From NCBI GenBank assembly GCA_951406725.2, contig OX597814.1, positions 81,716,001-81,780,000 on the forward strand: a stretch of DNA of 64,000 nt. Direction: 5' to 3'. Source of the stretch: Octopus vulgaris (taxonomy: Eukaryota). The notes beneath the pieces are model-generated. The model was not told the DNA's origin, did not search any database, and worked only from the letters and a program-made list of their open reading frames with translations. Of the stretch, positions 60,990 through 64,000 are shown piece after piece (within the stretch, counting starts at the first letter, position 1; every line of letters begins with the position of its first letter). A program made the position numbers and the translations under genes.

Positions 60990-63900
60990 GTGGTTAGAAT
61001 AGTGGCAACATGCATCTGCACGTGAATGAATATACATTTATTTCGTACAATATTATAGCGCCAGTCCAATTTACCAGATCGTGACCTACAGAATTCGTAT
61101 CAAGGAAAATTTTATAAATACAGGGTTTTTTTTGTTTTTTTTTTTTAAGTAACTTTTAAGAGAGAACTTTTGGATCTTTTCGGTTTGAACGGCAGTTTAT
61201 CAAAATAATTTACACGTAACTAAACACTTTTAAACTTCGTATACAGGTAGAAAGTGTTTATAAAACATCTTTTTCTCTTGGCTTTATTGAGAAAATTCTA
61301 TAGTTTGTAAGATATTTGTTTTTTTTCTTCAATTTCTGCAATTTCAACCAATCAATGACGTCTATTGAGGTGAAAACATTGTACCGTATGAATCTGTCCC
61401 TCGTTTAAGAAACAGATTGGGTTTATTTACATTTCTGAAGAAAAAAAGATACCCTTCCCCCCACCCCTAACTCTAAAACAGATTGAAATCGATACTAGGG
61501 TCATAATTATGGGTGACAATTTCATATGGCACCGCTAGAAAAAACTGCCGTTCAAACCGAAAAGATCCGAACTTTTTGATAATTGAGTAGATTATCAAAA
61601 ATGTGCTTCATATTTTTTTAAAATCCTGATAAATAATTTACTGTCTGAAAGAAACATAGAAGTATGTAAAAGAAAATGTTAATAAAAAAAAATTCTAAGT
61701 TAAGAATTATGTCAGTGATGAAATCTAATAAGAGATTCAAATAAAAACAACACCCATTTGTACAAATGACAGAGAATAATTTACTATAAACAAACTAGAT
61801 ATCATAACACAAAATATTTCATAAGCTTGTGGAGCCTGTGAAATTTAATTCCGGACTATCTAACGTCTAAACCTCATAACAGACTGTTTAAAAATGACAC
61901 TCCTTTGTGTTTATTAGTGAATTTAACACAAAACTACACCTATATGGATAAGTACCTGTCGAAACGTGACCGTTGCCATAAACTGAACTGACACCCCAGC
62001 GACGCCAAAAATTGTATAAAAATGTTTTTACTTTAAAACCGATATTCACTCGATACCTGTTTGAACGTAAATCTCAAAAACATAATTCTTTTATAGTGGT
62101 AAGGCTAAATGGAATTGTTATTTCACTTCTCATATTGTAACAATTTCCTCCATATAAATAACTTCATCATATTTACATTAACATCTCCGCCATCTCAGAG
62201 TAATGAAATTGCGGGAAAAAATGTTGCTGCAAAAGTATAGATGGAGTATCGAAATTTAATGGGATACATAAAAATACTAAGTACCATTCCTATATTATGT
62301 ACACATGAATACTTTCACTTCTCACTTCCATACGGGAATAGGTTGGGCACCTACACTCTCTTTTCTAATTCAGATGAGATTTCGCAACTGGAAACAAAAT
62401 TGAGCAACTTATTAGTAATAAGCTGGTTATTTATATTTTCTCATGAATGGCTAGTGTATCTTAATGCGATTGAGTTACAAATTAAGTGTGTGTGTGTAAG
62501 TAAGCAAAAAGTTTCGAGGAGTGACTGATCACTGTATTGAGTCAGCGTCACGAGGTTTAGTATGAAAACAGCATTCAGTTATGTGGAAAATGTTAACAAC
62601 AGGCTAATTAGTTAGGAACAATATTTAACTTTAAAGATCACTGCATTCGAATAACAAGGGATAAAAGAAAAATTTCCTCGAAGAACTAAACGATCATTTA
62701 AAACGAGCCGTACATTTGTCTATTTTATACTCATCATATTTCTATCTACGTGAACTACATTAGTTAATTTTAGGTCATTGGAAACTTAATCTATATCAAA
62801 GGAGGGAACCATTATGTGGTCGTTCGACCCGCTGGAAATAGCACCAGTCTCTCTCAAATCAAACCATATAGTCTTAAGAAACGGAGACACATTGGACAAT
62901 GTAATAGTAAAAGACATGATAGGCATAAGATATCACGTCTTCGATCACGATCAGGGTTGCCCTGGGGCTAAACAACAGCAGTAGATATTAATAATTAGGA
63001 TTAAGAACTGAAAGGAGATGGTAAATGCTAGAAAATATTCCGTCTAAAGATATTAGCTTCTGAGCGAAGTGAGCTGTCGGAGTATATAGTAACATGAACT
63101 TTCTAAGAAGGCTAATTTTATTCTTGTCTCGTTTGAATAAAATGTCAAATGTTTGTATCACAGAAATATGCTTAAGTACATCACATTAAGATATTCTTTT
63201 CATTGACATAACTTTTGAAAAATATAAAATAAAATTGTACAGTGTTTTTCTAAAACAACAAAAAATAAACTTCGACCAATTCACAGCATAATGGTTAAAA
63301 AAAGCGGCCATTAGAGTTTGAAATTGACTGGGGTGGGGGAAAATCAAAAAAGTTGAAATCTTATATAGCTACAAGTAAAATTAATTTAAAGAATATTAAA
63401 CGTGTCACCATTATTTACGGGATGATTCTAATTTTGAAGCTAAGAATATAGTATTACTGGTATATTAATAAATTTCGGAGTCGTATTTATTAGGCTGGGG
63501 ATTTGATCAGAGAATATTGTAACAGTTTTTAGTAGCATTAAACTTTAAAAAAAGTGAACTTGCTTAAATAACTATGACTCTACATATTAATATTAAAAAG
63601 AGAGGAACGTTTCAACAGATAGTTCGTAGTAATTTTATTTAAACATCTCGTAGAAGCTACACATCTAACAGGTAGGCTTTTCGCTTGATGAACAAATCGA
63701 CCGCCATGTAATTTACCTATGTCACGTAATTGAGAAAAGACTTTATCGAACTTTATGAAGGAAAAGACAAATTTGGGTTACCAACTCTAATTAGAAAACA
63801 AAGTAAAGTTTTATATGTAGGATAACAAAGCAGAAAAGTAACTATTTTAAACATTTGTAAACAGTGGTTTATAAAACAAACAATATACATATATGAAAAT

Positions 63901-64000
63901 CTATCCCATCCAATAACATCTGTCAATTATCAAGCCAAACACACTGTTCATATTTATGCCCTTGAAATAAAGAATGAGTCTCTTAAATTAAAATTTCCCC
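60990..64000. promoter_or_regulatory. CpG-retaining, probably germline-hypomethylated zone; likely the flank of the CHMP4 promoter/exon 1 beyond the window
   Basis: CG dinucleotides are rare in unique and old sequence over the first 60 kb but become frequent here even in AT-rich non-repeat DNA (e.g. GTCGAAACGTGACCG, GCGACGCC, AATCGACCGCC). Assessed by eye, not counted. Confidence 0.55.
61172..61568. mobile_element. Young 397-bp MITE with perfect 27-bp TIRs and 8-bp TSD (MULE-, Merlin- or hAT-type; superfamily unresolved)
   Basis: GAACTTTT|GGATCTTTTCGGTTTGAACGGCAGTTT ... AAACTGCCGTTCAAACCGAAAAGATCC|GAACTTTT. Confidence 0.92.

Larger units (their letters stand above)
15756..64000 (-). other. 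Probable very long first intron of the CHMP4 gene (first coding exon not in window)
   Basis: The exon at 15755 begins mid-protein in phase 1. I found no sequence encoding the Snf7 N-terminus (...EAIQKLR...KKNGTKNKR) upstream by eye. The region is made of repeats. Confidence 0.7.

Noticed and set aside
1-64000. CRISPR array, operon or other prokaryote-type system
   Set aside because: The sequence is spliced eukaryotic DNA. The recurring motifs are dispersed SINEs and MITEs, not regularly spaced repeats with unique spacers.

Overview
AT-rich, microsatellite- and transposon-dense animal genomic DNA. The SINE/LINE repertoire looks like an octopus; this is pattern recognition, not a database result. 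The only host gene I can support is a minus-strand ESCRT-III Snf7/CHMP4 gene. Three internal coding exons (15755-15578, 6436-6322, 5007-4875) have canonical GT-AG sites and compatible phases. The first and last coding exons were not found, so the whole window is probably gene body, with a first intron of at least 48 kb. The introns hold several tRNA-derived SINE families that appear to swap head and body modules, RTE and CR1/Jockey-group LINE fragments, five Tc1/mariner relics (one full-length), piggyBac-type and 8-bp-TSD MITEs, non-autonomous Helitrons, Chapaev- and Academ-like relics, and Penelope-like terminal repeats. Best second-look items: minimal hammerhead-ribozyme-like motifs with non-canonical cores in the Penelope-like repeats, a tRNA-Asp head fused to a SINE tail, a PHD finger inside an RTE ORF, several long fold-back structures that could be ADAR substrates, and a CpG gradient pointing to a promoter just beyond the right edge. 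No prokaryotic-type system (CRISPR, operon) is present. Repeat boundaries are read by eye and are approximate unless TSDs or TIRs are quoted.
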